From Torpedo marmorata (taxonomy: Eukaryota), in NCBI GenBank assembly GCA_977017645.1, contig OZ360243.1:48856001-48920000 (forward strand): 64,000 nucleotides of DNA. Direction: 5' to 3'. The position numbers and the translations under genes were made by a program. The notes below the pieces were generated by a model. The model was not told where the DNA came from. It saw only the letters and a program-made list of their open reading frames with translations, and did no database searches. Below are positions 22,345 through 34,560 of the stretch, piece by piece; within the stretch, counting starts at the first letter, position 1, and the number at the start of each line of letters is the position of its first letter.

Positions 22345-25300
22345 TGGACCCCAAGGTCCCTCTGTTCTTTCACACTGTAAATATCCACTGTTAACCATGT
22401 ACTCTGCCTTCGATTTTGACTCTCCAAAATGCATCACTTCATACTTATCCAGATTGAACTCCATCTGCCACTTTTCCGCCCAACTCTGCATCATGTCTAT
22501 ATCCTGTTGTAACGTACGACAACCTTCAACACCTCCAACCTTCATTCATCCGCAAACTTGCTGACCCATCCCTCTATTTCTTCATCCAGGTTATTTATAA
22601 AAATCACGAAGAGCAGGGGTCCCAGAACAGATTCCTGCAGAACTCCTCTAGTCACTGACCTCCAGGCAGAATACCTCCTGTCCATTACTACTCTCTTTCT
22701 ACAGGCAAGCCAATTCTGAATCCACACAGCCAAAGTTCCATGGATCCCATACCTCAGGACTTTCTGAACGGGTCTCCCATGGGGGTCCTTGTTAAATGGC
22801 TTACTAAAATCCATATACACCACATCTACCACCCTACCTTCATCAATTTCTTTTGTTACCTCCTCAAAAAACTCAATTAGGCTCGTGAAGTACGACTTTC
22901 CCCTCAAAGCAGTGGTGACTATCCCTGAGAAGACTGTACTTCTCTAAATGCTCGTAAATCCTGTCAGAATACTCTCTAATACTTTGCCCACCACTGTTGT
23001 AAGACTGGTCTATAATTCACACAATTCTCCCTATTGCCTTTTTAAACAAGGAGACCACATTTGCCATTCTTCAATCCTCTGACACCTTTCCAGTGGTGAA
23101 GGACGACGCAAAGATCATTGCCAAGTTACCGGTATATATAAAGTTACATGGGTGGGTACATTTTATGTAGAAGCATTATAAGAATACACAGGACATTGCA
23201 AGTTTTATATAAATATGTAAAATCTTTTCATTTAAGTTAGCCTGCTGCACCTTGATGACCTGAGTGAGTATAGATTTTGATTCTGGGAAGCATGGGATAC
23301 CAGTGGTTGCTGTGGCCTGGGTTCCCTCCTTCTCCTGCAGCAGAACTGGTGATCTACCTGATCTGTTATCCCATACACTATTTGAACACTCAAATTGCAC
23401 TTGCAGAAGTTTTTTTCTGATAATGTTCATATGCAGCACCATCTCCAATGGGAAGAGCAATGCTCCTGAAACAGCGGCTTGAGTCGTCTCAGAAAAATAA
23501 AAGGCTGTCTTAAAGACTGGCAAGGAATAGTGATGCTATCAACCAACAGCTTCACTGGCAGCAGATTCAGGTATTTTAGTAGTCGGTCATATTTAAATTT
23601 AGACATGCAGCACAGTAACAGGCCCTTCCGGCCCACGAACACATGCCCTCCAAATACACCAATTAACCTATAATCCCCATGCGTTTTTGAAGGGTGGGAG
23701 AAAACTAGAGCACCCGGAGGAAACCCACGCAGACACAGGGAGAACGTACAAACTCCTTACAGACAGCAATGGATTCGAACGCGGGTCGCTGGTGCTGTAA
23801 TAGAGTTGCGCTAACATTCTTCTCAACTCCTCTCACTATACTGAGACCACTTTATATCTGTAAACCTCTACCCTAACACCAGGAACATTTGACACCCAGA
23901 AAGTTTTTCTTCATGCAATGATGCTAACTTGCTCCTAACCACTTACAGTGATGAGGAAGAGGTCCTTAACACAAACTGGAAAATGATCAAATCATTTAGC
24001 CTTGCAAAAACCCCAGAGCTTCTGGTTTCCAATCTATTCTGTTGTGTTCGCTGAATCAATCCAATGTGATTAAGAGTAGTTGCCTTCGAGAGGGCTGGGG
24101 GGGGGGGGGGGGGGAGTGAAAAAAAAAGTAGTTGCCTTCAAAAACGCAGTTATGTGGAAGGAAAATGTTATCAAGAGGCCCCTGTAATGAAGCTGGCTTT
24201 CAATGTTGGCAGAATGTACCCAGGTAATTATTTTGTGAACAGTTAACTTTCTATTTAGGTGCTACCTTGGCCAGGTCGTCTACATATAGAGATACTGTAG
24301 GGGTGCGGCTGGGGAGGGTGGTACTGTGGGGAGGGGTAGACTTTATTACTAGTCAGATGGAAAGCACTTGTTTATCCCTGTTTCCAGCATCCATTCTTGG
24401 TGAACAGACCCAATAACAGCAATTGCATTATGAAGTTCACTTCCACGTTTACATTTTGACCATCATCTTGACCAGTTAAATTATTTGAAAGCAACTTAAG
24501 GCCTGTTAGACACTTAGGAAGTTGCGCAGGTGATACTCTAGATACTGTTAGTTCCTTTCATGAACAGCCCTTCTGTTCCCAAATGATCAAAACCCCTTAA
24601 ATTGCCCAGTGACGTTACATTCACGTGGGAGTTGGCTTGATAGGATGTGAACATCGGGAGAGGAAGGTACCTGATGTGTCTGACACGTGTTTTGTTACTA
24701 CTCGTCATCGCCTGCTCTCTGCTCAGTTTGGTTGTGAGTGAGGGGCAAAGCTGACAGAAAGTGGGAGTTTGGGATTGATACAGGATAAATAAAAGAGTTT
24801 GACACAGCAATTTGTTTGGGTTGATAATGGGGTTATGAGAAAAATTATTGGGAATAATTTGGGATAAAGGATGATGGAAAGAGTGAGACAATGTGATGAG
24901 CATGGAACTTGTACAGGATAATGATCAGAGAACGGAGCAGAATTGGTTTGGGATGGATATTGGACCATGCCAAGTGTGAGGCAGTGAGGTTAGCTTTGAT
25001 GAAGGATTTTGGAGAAAGAGCAAGACAATGGAATTAGGTTGATTGATACACAATATTTGGGAAAGGGCAGGTCAGATGGATGGTTTGGGGTTGATAGAGG
25101 ACAGTACGGAGAATGTGAAGCAGTAGGGTCCATTTCAGATTGATAAAGGGTGATGGAAGGATGGCAGAAGAGAAGGATTAGGTTGGATTTGCTCTGGAAA
25201 GCTGACATAGACAACTGGCTTCTTGTGCTGTATGTTTCAATGTCTGGATGTGTGATTTGTCAATGCCATGTTTTTTATTCTAATATACCACAGTACCCAT

Positions 25301-27695
25301 ATCCCACAGAAATAAGCAATGGAGGTGCTCAGTTTGTGTTGAAATAACTACGTTTTGAAAGTACTCCGTTTTTGAAAGTTTATAAAATATAGTTCTAAAT
25401 AAAGGCTGATATTTGGACCAATGCTTGAGTGTAATACATCAACAAATGCCTGCTTTAATATAGTGTCTTTAATGTAGTAGAACATCCCAAGGCACTTTCC
25501 AGGAGCTGTATCAAGCTGTATTTGATTACAAACTGCTTGAGGAAGAAATCAAATGTCCAAAAAGGTTGTTCAAATAAGGTGTTTTAGGATAGTCTTGGAG
25601 AAAAAGTGAGAGGAGAAAATTCCAGAGATCGTGGTCTCGTAGCTGCAGGAACCACGACTAATAATGGAAAGAAAATTGGAGCTGCACCTGATCATCATTG
25701 GAGGAAGGGTGGAGGGATGATTGATTGTTATTCTTTGCCATCTGATCACTGACTCACCCAGCTGCCAACTATCTCGTAGTTATAAATGTTGTATAACTAT
25801 TCCTGCGGGTAATTTTATTGGTATTGTATTTAAGTAAGAAATTATTTCCTTTGTAAAATGGGGGTAAAGCGAGTATTGCATTGAAGACCTGCTTTTGAGA
25901 GTCCTTCTTTCTCTTTACATTGCACACCTTTGTGAATATCACCTGACCCCTTTACTCATTTATTGACACCTGCTCTGGGGGTAGATCAATCTAAAGGAAG
26001 ATTACCTGTGTCACTTTCCTATGTTAACTAGGTACCTAGCTTCAGACCCTTTGGACCAATAATGAAGGATGCTTTAAGTTGCACATATTTCCCTTCATTG
26101 CTTTCCTGAGGCCATGCTTCCCATAAAGGTGGTTGATAGTAATCTGCTGTTATGCAGGATGTTGCATTGCTTAGAAGGCAACATCACCATCTATCAACAT
26201 TTTTCTTGGACCCTCCCAGTCAGAGATGAGGTCCCAGGAAATTATAGGCTTTCAAAAAAGAGATGGGGTTCTTGGGAATCCAGGACTTCAGTCCCCACTT
26301 CTGTCCAGAGATGTAGTCGAGAGTAGTGGTGACTCCTCACTGAAACCCTGGGGAATACTGACCCCACACAAGCCAGAGATCCTACTATCTCATTCCCTAG
26401 ACGTATAACCTCTTGATAGTCCAGGCCCTTGAGAGATAGTATTCCTTGAAGAAAACTGGTCCTGAAGAATGGTGGAATCCTTTTAAGCCAAAGTTCTCTC
26501 CCAGTCAAGAGGTATGATGCTGTCCTAAACATTCAGGAGATGGGATGTGGGGAGATGGGATTTTTGAACCTACTCCTGCTCAGCAGAGATGTAAAGGAGA
26601 GTCCTGGGCACTCTTTCCCCCACCCCTTCAACAGATCATAGAGATCCATTGTCCTTTCCACACCCTAGAGTTGGGTCCAGTGGAGCCAAGATTCCCTAGA
26701 GATGGGACCCGGCATATCTAGGGTTTCCCAGTGATGGGACCCATCAGATCAGGATTCCACAGAGATGGGACCCATTAGATCTAGGATTTCCCCAGAGATG
26801 GGACCCATCAGATCTAGGATTCCTCAGAGATGGGACCCATCAGATCTTGGATTTCCCCAGAGATGGGACCCATCAGATCTAGGATTTCCCCAGAGATGGG
26901 ACCCATTAGATCTAGGATTTCCCCATTGATGAAACCAGGAGATCTAGGATTCCTGAGGGATGGAGCCCTAGCAGACCCAATATTTCTGAGATATGGGATC
27001 CCAGCAGACCCATGATTTCCATGATGGGATCCCAGGATTTCCCAGATATGGGACCCAGCAGGTCATGATGCTCACCTCCTTGAGATTAGATTGCAATGAG
27101 ACCCCTTTCTCAAAGGTAGGTCTTGAACCTTGCTCCCTCAAAATACAACCCTTGACATGCTCGTTTTTCTTGTCTCTAACCCACAACCCTCCCCCCGCCC
27201 ACCACACACAAATGTGGGCACCAGAGTATCCGGTATTAGAAAGTCTACACACCCTGACCAAAGTTGGGGTACAAAAGTTCTGTCCCCTAAGCAATGCTCC
27301 ACTGCCTTCTGCACTTTGTTATCAGATACAATGGCTCTGTTCACATCTTGTTAGAACTGTGTTGACTGGAATGTATTTTGCTTATCAATGTTTTAATATT
27401 AAACATATTTAAAATTGATAATTTGATTTTTTTTAAACTGTCGTGAAGAGAACCGAGGATTCATTGCTCCCTGATAAGGAAAGAGATTCACGCTAATAAT
27501 AACAATAGTGTTTGCAATAATTGCAGGAGGTAACAGTACAGATGAGAGGAACTATTATACAGGTGATGGTGAGAAATCAGAACAGGTGAGAATGTGAAGT
27601 CACCGTCTGCTCTGGGATCTTTGTCCATACAGAACCATTTACTGCCTTGAACTTGGAAAAGTTAGTTGGGGCTGACAGGAAATGTGAGTCAGATA
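22345..27695. repeat. Segmental tandem duplication, copy 2
   Basis: Junction ...GAGTCAGATA|TGGACCCCAAGG... joins the copy-1 end to the copy-1 start sequence; begins with the duplicated CR1 piece 22345-~23127. Confidence 0.95.
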
Positions 27696-28143
27696 CTGAT
27701 CGGGTACCAGAGGGGCCAAGGAGCTGACTCGACATCCCAGCATTGGTCTTTGAGGAATGTTACACACGGCTCACCCAACTAATTCAGAAGCTGATGCTTG
27801 TGGGGCACCTTTAAGGTATGAAGGAAAACAGATTTAATTACTTTAAAGTGAAAGGCGGTGCTGCTGGAGTGTTCGATAGTGGGTTGCTACATTGCTGAGT
27901 GATGATGTCTAATAGCCCCAGGCAGTGATGTCTTGTGCTAAATGTGATCAATGAGGACATGCATCCAGCTATTCTTGGGAGGGGGCAGAAATAAATGAGT
28001 AAAAATTATCCTCTTATTTTAACACTGACCCTAAAATATTCAGAAATAGCAGCTAAATTCAGTGGATTTGGGGCCCCCTCGGAATTCCCTGCCGTCAATC
28101 ACTGACCACATCTGTGGAATGGCAAACAAGGAATGAGTAGGGG

Positions 28144-28174
<31 letters not shown>
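28144..28174. repeat. (TA)n(GA)n compound microsatellite
   Basis: TATATATATATATATAGAGAGAGAGAGAGAG. Confidence 0.9.
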
Positions 28175-28679
28175 GGGAACATGACGTAAATACGTTCTGG
28201 AGAGTTTACCCATACAATGGAGTGGAAGACCGAGGTTAATCCCTTTCTAATAATACAATAGAAATGGAATTGGGGCAAGAGATTGCAGGGAAAGTGAGCC
28301 AGATTTACCCCATCCGGGGCAGAATGAACCCATTGAATACAAGGGGCGGAGTGATTTCCGACGCCCTCCCCTGTGGTTTCATCCACAAGTATTTTAACCC
28401 ATTGGATGGGAGACACACAATAATCCTTCCGTGGAGTTGGGGCAAGGGGGCAGGCTAACTCAAGACGAGAGAGTGAACACTGGGAAAGGTGCAGGCTCAC
28501 CGATACTTGGCTCTTCTGGAAAGTTAACCCATTGAATACTGTGCGGTTGGCGACTCCCTGCCACCAGAATGATAATTAACCCAGAGAACAAACGGGGAGG
28601 GATGAGGTTAGCCATCGTCCCCGCTGATCTGATGAACTCAGTGGCAGGGAGCCTGATTAACCCATTCCTGCCCTCGTGG

Positions 28680-28966
28680 TTCTAAACATGGGAGCGCTGC
28701 CCAATGAGCGGGCGGCTATGATTAGCCCCGCGCCCGGACGGGCGGGGCGGCGAGGGCCGGGACCAGTCGATTCGGCGGGGTGTTTATATGGACATGGCCT
28801 CGGGATTCCTGGCGATCCTGGGCTCTGACGTGAACTCGGAGCAGCCGTCACTTCTTCAAAAGTGCGGCCGGGCTGGGGGAGCGCTACCATTCGGCGAGAG
28901 GGAGGCGAGGAGAGCAGCCCACGACCAAAAGTTTGGGCAAAGTTTGAGAGGCCCGTCCCGGCCACC
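28680..28966 (+). promoter_or_regulatory. flnc CpG-island promoter and 5' UTR
   Basis: CCAAT at 28701, GC boxes (GGGCGGGGCGG ~28740), TATA-like TTTATAT ~28783, high CpG density, Kozak GCCACC before the ATG at 28967. Confidence 0.7.
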
Positions 28967-29309
28967 ATGTCGATGGATCACCAAGGACTAGCCGCCAACG
29001 GCCACGACGACTCCGAGATGCCGGCAACGGAGAAGGACCTGGCGGAGGACGCGCCCTGGAAGAAGATCCAGCAGAACACGTTCACCCGCTGGTGCAACGA
29101 GCATCTCAAGTGCGTGAACAAGGGGATTGGCGACCTGCAGAAGGACCTGACCGACGGCCTGAGGCTGATCGCCCTCCTCGAGGTGCTGAGCCAGAAGAAG
29201 ATGTACAGAAAGTACCACTCGCGGCCCAACTTCCGTCAGATGAAGCTGGAGAACGTGTCGGTCGCCTTGGAGTTCCTGGACAGAGAGAGGATTAAACTGG
29301 TCTCCATCG
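28967..29309 (+). CDS. flnc: Filamin C exon 1 (CH1 domain)
   Basis: MSMDH...[32 protein letters not shown]...[17 protein letters not shown]...KLVSI; MKLENV is FLNC-type as recalled; donor G|GTAGG. Confidence 0.95.
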
Positions 29310-29366
29310 GTAGGAGCACATCTGTCCCGTCCCTCTGCTAATGCACTCGGCTCTACTTGCCCCATG

Positions 29367-30325
29367 CACCGGGTGGTCCCCGGGCGCCCCTTGCTCCCCG
29401 AACCGGGGGGTCCCCGGGCGCCCCTTGCTCCCCGAACCGGGGGGTCCCCGCGCGCCGCTTGCTCCCCGAACCGGGGGGTCCCCGGGCGCCCCTTGCTCCC
29501 CGAACCGGGTGGTCCCCGGGCGCCGCTTGCTCCCCGAACCGGGTGGTCCCCGGGCGCCGCTTGCTCCCCGAACCGGGGGGTCCCCGCGCGCCGCTTGCTC
29601 CCCGAACCGGGGGGTCCCCGCGCGCCGCTTGCTCCCCGAACCGGGTGGTCCCCGGGCGCCGCTTGCTCCCCGAACCGGGGGGTCCCCGCGCGCCGCTTGC
29701 TCCCCGAACCGGGGGGTCCCCGGGCGCCGCTTGCTCCCCGAACCGGGGGGGTCCCCGCGCGCCGCTTGCTCCCCGAACCGGGGGGGTCCCCGCGCGCCGC
29801 TTGCTCCCCGAACCGGGGGGTCCCCGCGCGCCGCTTGCTCCCCGAACCGGGGGGTCCCCGCGCGCCGCTTGCTCCCCGAACCGGGGGGTCCCCGCGCGCC
29901 GCTTGCTCCCCGAACCGGGGGGTCCCCGCGCGCCGCTTGCTCCCCGAACCGGGGGGGTCCCCGGGCGCCGCTTGCTCCCCGAACCGGGGGGTCCCCGCGC
30001 GCCGCTTGCTCCCCGAACCGGGGGGTCCCCGCGCGCCGCTTGCTCCCCGAACCGGGGGGTCCCCGCGCGCCGCTTGCTCCCCGAACCGGGGGGTCCCCGC
30101 GCGCCGCTTGCTCCCCGAACCGGGGGGTCCCCGCGCGCCGCTTGCTCCCCGAACCGGGGGGTCCCCGCGCGCCGCTTGCTCCCCGAACCGGGGGGTCCCC
30201 GCGCGCCGCTTGCTCCCCGAACCGGGGGGTCCCCGGGCGCCGCTTGCTCCCCGAACCGGGGGGGGTCCCCGCGCGCCGCTTGCTCCCCGAACCGGGGGGT
30301 CCCCGCGCGCCGCTTGCTCCCCGAA
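29367..30325. repeat. 34-bp CpG-rich minisatellite, ~28 copies, at the start of flnc intron 1
   Basis: Unit TCCCCGCGCGCCGCTTGCTCCCCGAACCGGGGGG. Confidence 0.97.
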
Positions 30326-30711
30326 GTGTTAGCCGCGGGGCACTTCGTTGGGCGCTTGAATTCATTTCAGTTGAGTCGGTAGGAACCTCTCCAGCGGCTT
30401 AATGGTCTGTAACCAGGGACTGGCATCCAAGGTGATGAACAAGAGCCCACCGATTAAATGTACAGAGGGTTATTGTGATCTGGGACGGAGTTTGGAAGGA
30501 AGGACGGAGGGAGTAAATTTGGTTGTAACTTCAGGCAGAGAATGGGACCAATTTGTGGGGAGGACGTGGTGGAATCCATAGAGGAAAAAAGCAGCGAAAT
30601 GAGACCAACTGATTCTACTAAATAAGAGGGTCGATTGGCCGTTTTCTATGCTGGATCATTCTAGGAATTCTTCAATACATTCATTTGGAACCAATTTTGA
30701 TTTGTACAACA

Positions 30712-30864
30712 AAAGTAAATCACGAAAATCTGTAGACACCGTGGTTGAAGTAAAAAAAACACAAATGCTGGAGAAACTCAGCAGGTCAAACAGTGTCTTT
30801 TATGTAGCAAAGGTAGAAATACATAACTGACATTTCGGGCTTGAGCCCTTCATCAAAGTATGAG
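30712..30864 (-). mobile_element. Short Penelope-derived retroinsertion with hammerhead-like motif, 15-bp TSD
   Basis: TSD TTGATTTGTACAACA at 30697-30711 and 30865-30879; minus strand begins CTCATACTTTGATGAAGGGCTCAAGCCCGAAATGTCAGTTATG. Confidence 0.75.
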
Positions 30865-31221
30865 TTGATTTGTACAACATCTAGTGTCTCTGTAACATCT
30901 AGCACTTTTAAAAAAACTTAAACGAAGTGTTTCGGCAATGAGTGTGTGTGGTGAAGGGACCAGCAATTTGCACCATTGCCGTGAGCTATTGGTGGAGGAG
31001 CGGTGCTGTGAATCCATGCGCGTCTTTAGATACCACATCACTACTGGAAATGTGCATTTTCTGATCCGGAGAGGCTCTTTGGCCATGGGTTCTACCCAAG
31101 AGGCCATCATGTCCTTCTCCTTGGGGCATTTTTCTAATTGTTCTAAACACTTCTTTTGTTACTTGCCTACACTAAGGGGTAAAAACACAATGGAGGAGAA
31201 ACTCAGCAGGTCAAACAGTGT

Positions 31222-31326
31222 AAAAAGGTAAAGGTTCCATTATTGTCACGTAATACTACATTTAGAATGTAACATACATGAAATTCTTTAATTTTTGTCT
31301 ACCGTAAGGCAGACAGAGGGTCACTT
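31222..31326 (-). mobile_element. 5'-truncated tail of the 5S-SINE family, nested in a Penelope-derived fragment (31180-31375)
   Basis: Near-exact reverse complement of 44055-44165; it interrupts the CAAACAGTGT...TTATATATCAAAGATACATAACC continuity of the PLE-derived repeat. Confidence 0.75.
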
Positions 31327-33729
31327 TATATATCAAAGATACATAACCAACGTTTCAGGCTTGAGACCTCTAAAGGGTGTCACTTGCAGTGGCCAGTGAA
31401 CCGTGCAGGTGTCTTTGGGATGTGGGAGGTAATTGGAGTGCCAAGAGGAAACCCATGTGGTCTCAGAAAATGTGAAAGCTCTCCACAAATAGCTATCTCT
31501 GTCATCATCACTGAAGCAGATGATTGTCATTGATCACGTTGATATTGGGATCATGTTATACAATTTCCTACATTACAGTAAATCGGTTCTGTGGTGTAGC
31601 CACTATAAAGTGGTTAGGACATGGCAAGATGTGGAAGAGCCAGTCTTGATGCTTATAGGAATTTTGGGTAATAAAGGAAGATAATGACACAAGAGATCGC
31701 TTTATCTTCACAGTATCTTCAAGACTGAGACTGTCCTGGACCTTGGTGTCCTGTGGTTCAGTTGTGGCATCTGAATCTCGGGGTTGTGAGTTCATGTTTG
31801 AACATTGAGAGCAAAATCCTGAGCTGACACCTCAGTCGAGTTCTACATGATCAGAGCTTCTTTCTTTCTAATGAAACATTAAACAAAGTGTCTACCTGCT
31901 CTCTCACATCAAAATTCCTGTAGAACTATTTCAGGTTCCTTTATTATCATATACATGATGCTTAAAATTAGTTTACTTTTGTTTGCCTGTAAAGGCACAC
32001 AAAGATATTTTAAGAGAAAAAGACTATTCATCCCTTAATGAACAGCTCCAAAACAGATTGTTCTTGTCATTGCATTTAGAAGTGTGCTGTCATCTTTCCT
32101 AAACTATTTGTTGGATTTCCTTTGGCTATAATAAGGCTTTGGGATAACCTGAGACTGTAAAAGGTGCAATAGAAATGCAATCTTTCTTTGGCTACAGTTT
32201 GTCAAGGGATGCCAGACTGCTCACATCCTCGATATTCTATTTGACCGAGAGCTGAACTCCCAACTTCACATACTCTTCATTATCATCTGTCTCTTCCTCT
32301 GTATCATCCTCTGCCTCTACTCCTGCTTCTGAAACCTTTGGCAATATCAATGTTTGCATTTGAAGATTTAAATTCTCTTGTGACCAGTCTCTCATCTGCT
32401 ACTCTTAAAACATCAGGTTATCCCGGACTCTGCTCCCCACATTCAATTTGCAATGCCCCACTCTCGAATGTCCTCCCAGTATTCACTGACCCATCTCTGT
32501 AATATCAAACCACCTCCACAACTCTTTCTCCCAGAGATTCAAATTCCTCCATAGTCTCGTCTCTTCTGCGTCCCCCAGTTTCACCACATTCCCTCAGTCC
32601 TGTGCCTTCAGCTGCTGTCCTCAGCTTTGACATTCTTTCTCTGTGCTTCTCTACATTTCTCTTCAAAAGCTATCTCTTGGATCACATTTTTTTTTTTGTC
32701 ACCTGTTGCTTGATATCAATTTTCTGGCTGTTAACTGATCCTGAGAAATTTCTTGTGCAGCCTTGCTACATGGAAGATGCTTTAAAATACACATTGTTTG
32801 TTAAAGTACCAGGACTGGTGTGGAAATATCTTCTGCTTTTCTCCATGTTCTTGCTTTGCGATCATAGTAGCAGCTGATGTGTCTCAGAATTGAAGTGATG
32901 GAGAGTCTCTGGCATGAATGCTAATGTCTTGTGCTGATTGTGAAATGATTGTGTGAGCTTCTTGCAGTGTAATGAAGCAGTGCCTTGCAACAATCCACTT
33001 GATTTAGTCAGGCAGTATCTGTCAATAATCTCTTCTACATTACATAAGTGGAGATTTGGATGCTTTCATCTGTTAACCCACATCGTGTGGAAGAATGTAC
33101 AAATCCTGCTGCCTTTGTTTGAATGTGATCCTTGTATTTATTTTGTGGAAAATCGTTTTGGATCAAGATTTCGCTCCCTAAACTTTGAATACTGAGCAGA
33201 AAGGCTCCTAACCTTCAACATTTGTCTCCACTTATTTAATCTTGGTCAGGAGTTATAAATTGCCCCAGGGCCCTTGTACTAAAGATGGAAATAGAGGCGC
33301 AGCTGTCAGCTATTTGGCCCCTTGAGCTTGTTCATTCGTTCAAAGAAAAAAATCAGTCGGTCTCAGTCTTACAAGTTGCACCGTTGACCAATCGTCACAA
33401 GGCTCGGGAATAATTTGTTATTTTTCTTTCTACTTTTTCTTTACTATTTAACATTCATCCACCCCCAGCACCATGTCCAGTCAGGAAGTCATCCCCATTG
33501 GTAGTTCCCAGGCTTCAGCTGTCCGATCAGCTGCGGTTCTGTGGGTTGCCCTTCCAGAATATTCCCTGTGCATTTGCAAAGTCACGCCTGTCCTGAGTTG
33601 CTCTCCCCTTCCCCTCCCCCCCCCCCCACCCCCACCTCGGGCTGAGCTCAGGAGCTATATACAGCTGCTCAGGCTGCTGGCAGGAATGTGTCAGTGATAA
33701 CCTTGGAGTTTGACAGCTTGCGATGTCAC

Positions 33730-34560
33730 TCAAGATTCAAGATTGAATTTATTGTCATAGTAATAAAACAGTGTCATATTACATGAAATTTCTTTTTGCC
33801 TGCTGCAAGGCAGACAGATTCGCCACTGGCAGAAACTGCCTAAGCGCCTCTAACATTCCTTACAGTAAGAGAAAGAGAAGCAAAAGAGAGTCCCCCCAGA
33901 GTCACCGAGTGTCCGTAGATTCACCTCCAGCGCTTCCACAGCCATACAGAGTCCAGTCCAAACCATCGGCAACCCGAGCTCCAGATCCGAACCTCCAACA
34001 CGGTCAGGAACCCTTCGGCGCCCTCGGCACCCCCTCGCATCCCAGTTCCGATACCTGGTACTCCTCCAGCCAGTTTGAGCCGGTCTCCAGCAGTCCACAG
34101 CCTGGCGCGAGTCTCTCAACAGCAGTCTCCAGCAGCCCACAGCCTCCGCGGGTTCCTCGCCTCGAGTCGCCAGCAGCCCGCCGCATGCACTGGTCCTTCA
34201 GCCTCAGAGCCCCTCATTGGTCCGCCACCGTGGTCACCGTCCTGTGGGTCGTCTCCTCCGCTTCTCCTTCTCAGACGGGGGGGTGAGCTTTCCGTCCTCT
34301 GGTGCCCTGCTCCAGTCCTCCGCTTCCCCGGAGTCTACAGCCCCTCGTGGCTGCTGCCGATTAATAGGCGCTGCCATCTTGGGCACAGACCCAGCGGTTG
34401 CGGGATCTCAAACAAAACCACAGTCGGCTCCCTCAATGGGCCGTGCGGAGCCAACGGCAGTCGACTGGGTGGCTGGACCCCGCGGGAGCGCTGCATCTCC
34501 GCTCCCCGCGGGTCTGCACCAGCGGCAGCGCTGCAGCGGCTCCGGCAGCGCTGCCATTCC
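33730..34560 (-). mobile_element. GC-rich non-LTR retroelement derivative (Rex1/Babar- or RTEX-like 3' tail)
   Basis: Minus strand ends ...GAAATTTCATGTAA...TATGACAATAAATTCAATCTTGAATCTTGA; GC-rich body with AAGATGGCAGCGCC; family assignment is inference. Confidence 0.5.

Noticed and set aside
28862-28966. N-terminal extension of filamin suggested by the ORF track
   Set aside because: The track starts at a non-ATG codon; the ATG at 28967 has a GCCACC Kozak context and precedes the homologous region
21280-30325. 33-34-bp palindromic repeat arrays as possible CRISPR arrays
   Set aside because: Units are directly tandem without unique spacers, there are no cas genes, and the context is a vertebrate intron-exon locus
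29292-30402. 320-357-aa ORFs over the intron 1 repeat
   Set aside because: Translations of the 34-bp minisatellite; flnc exon 1 ends at the donor at 29309
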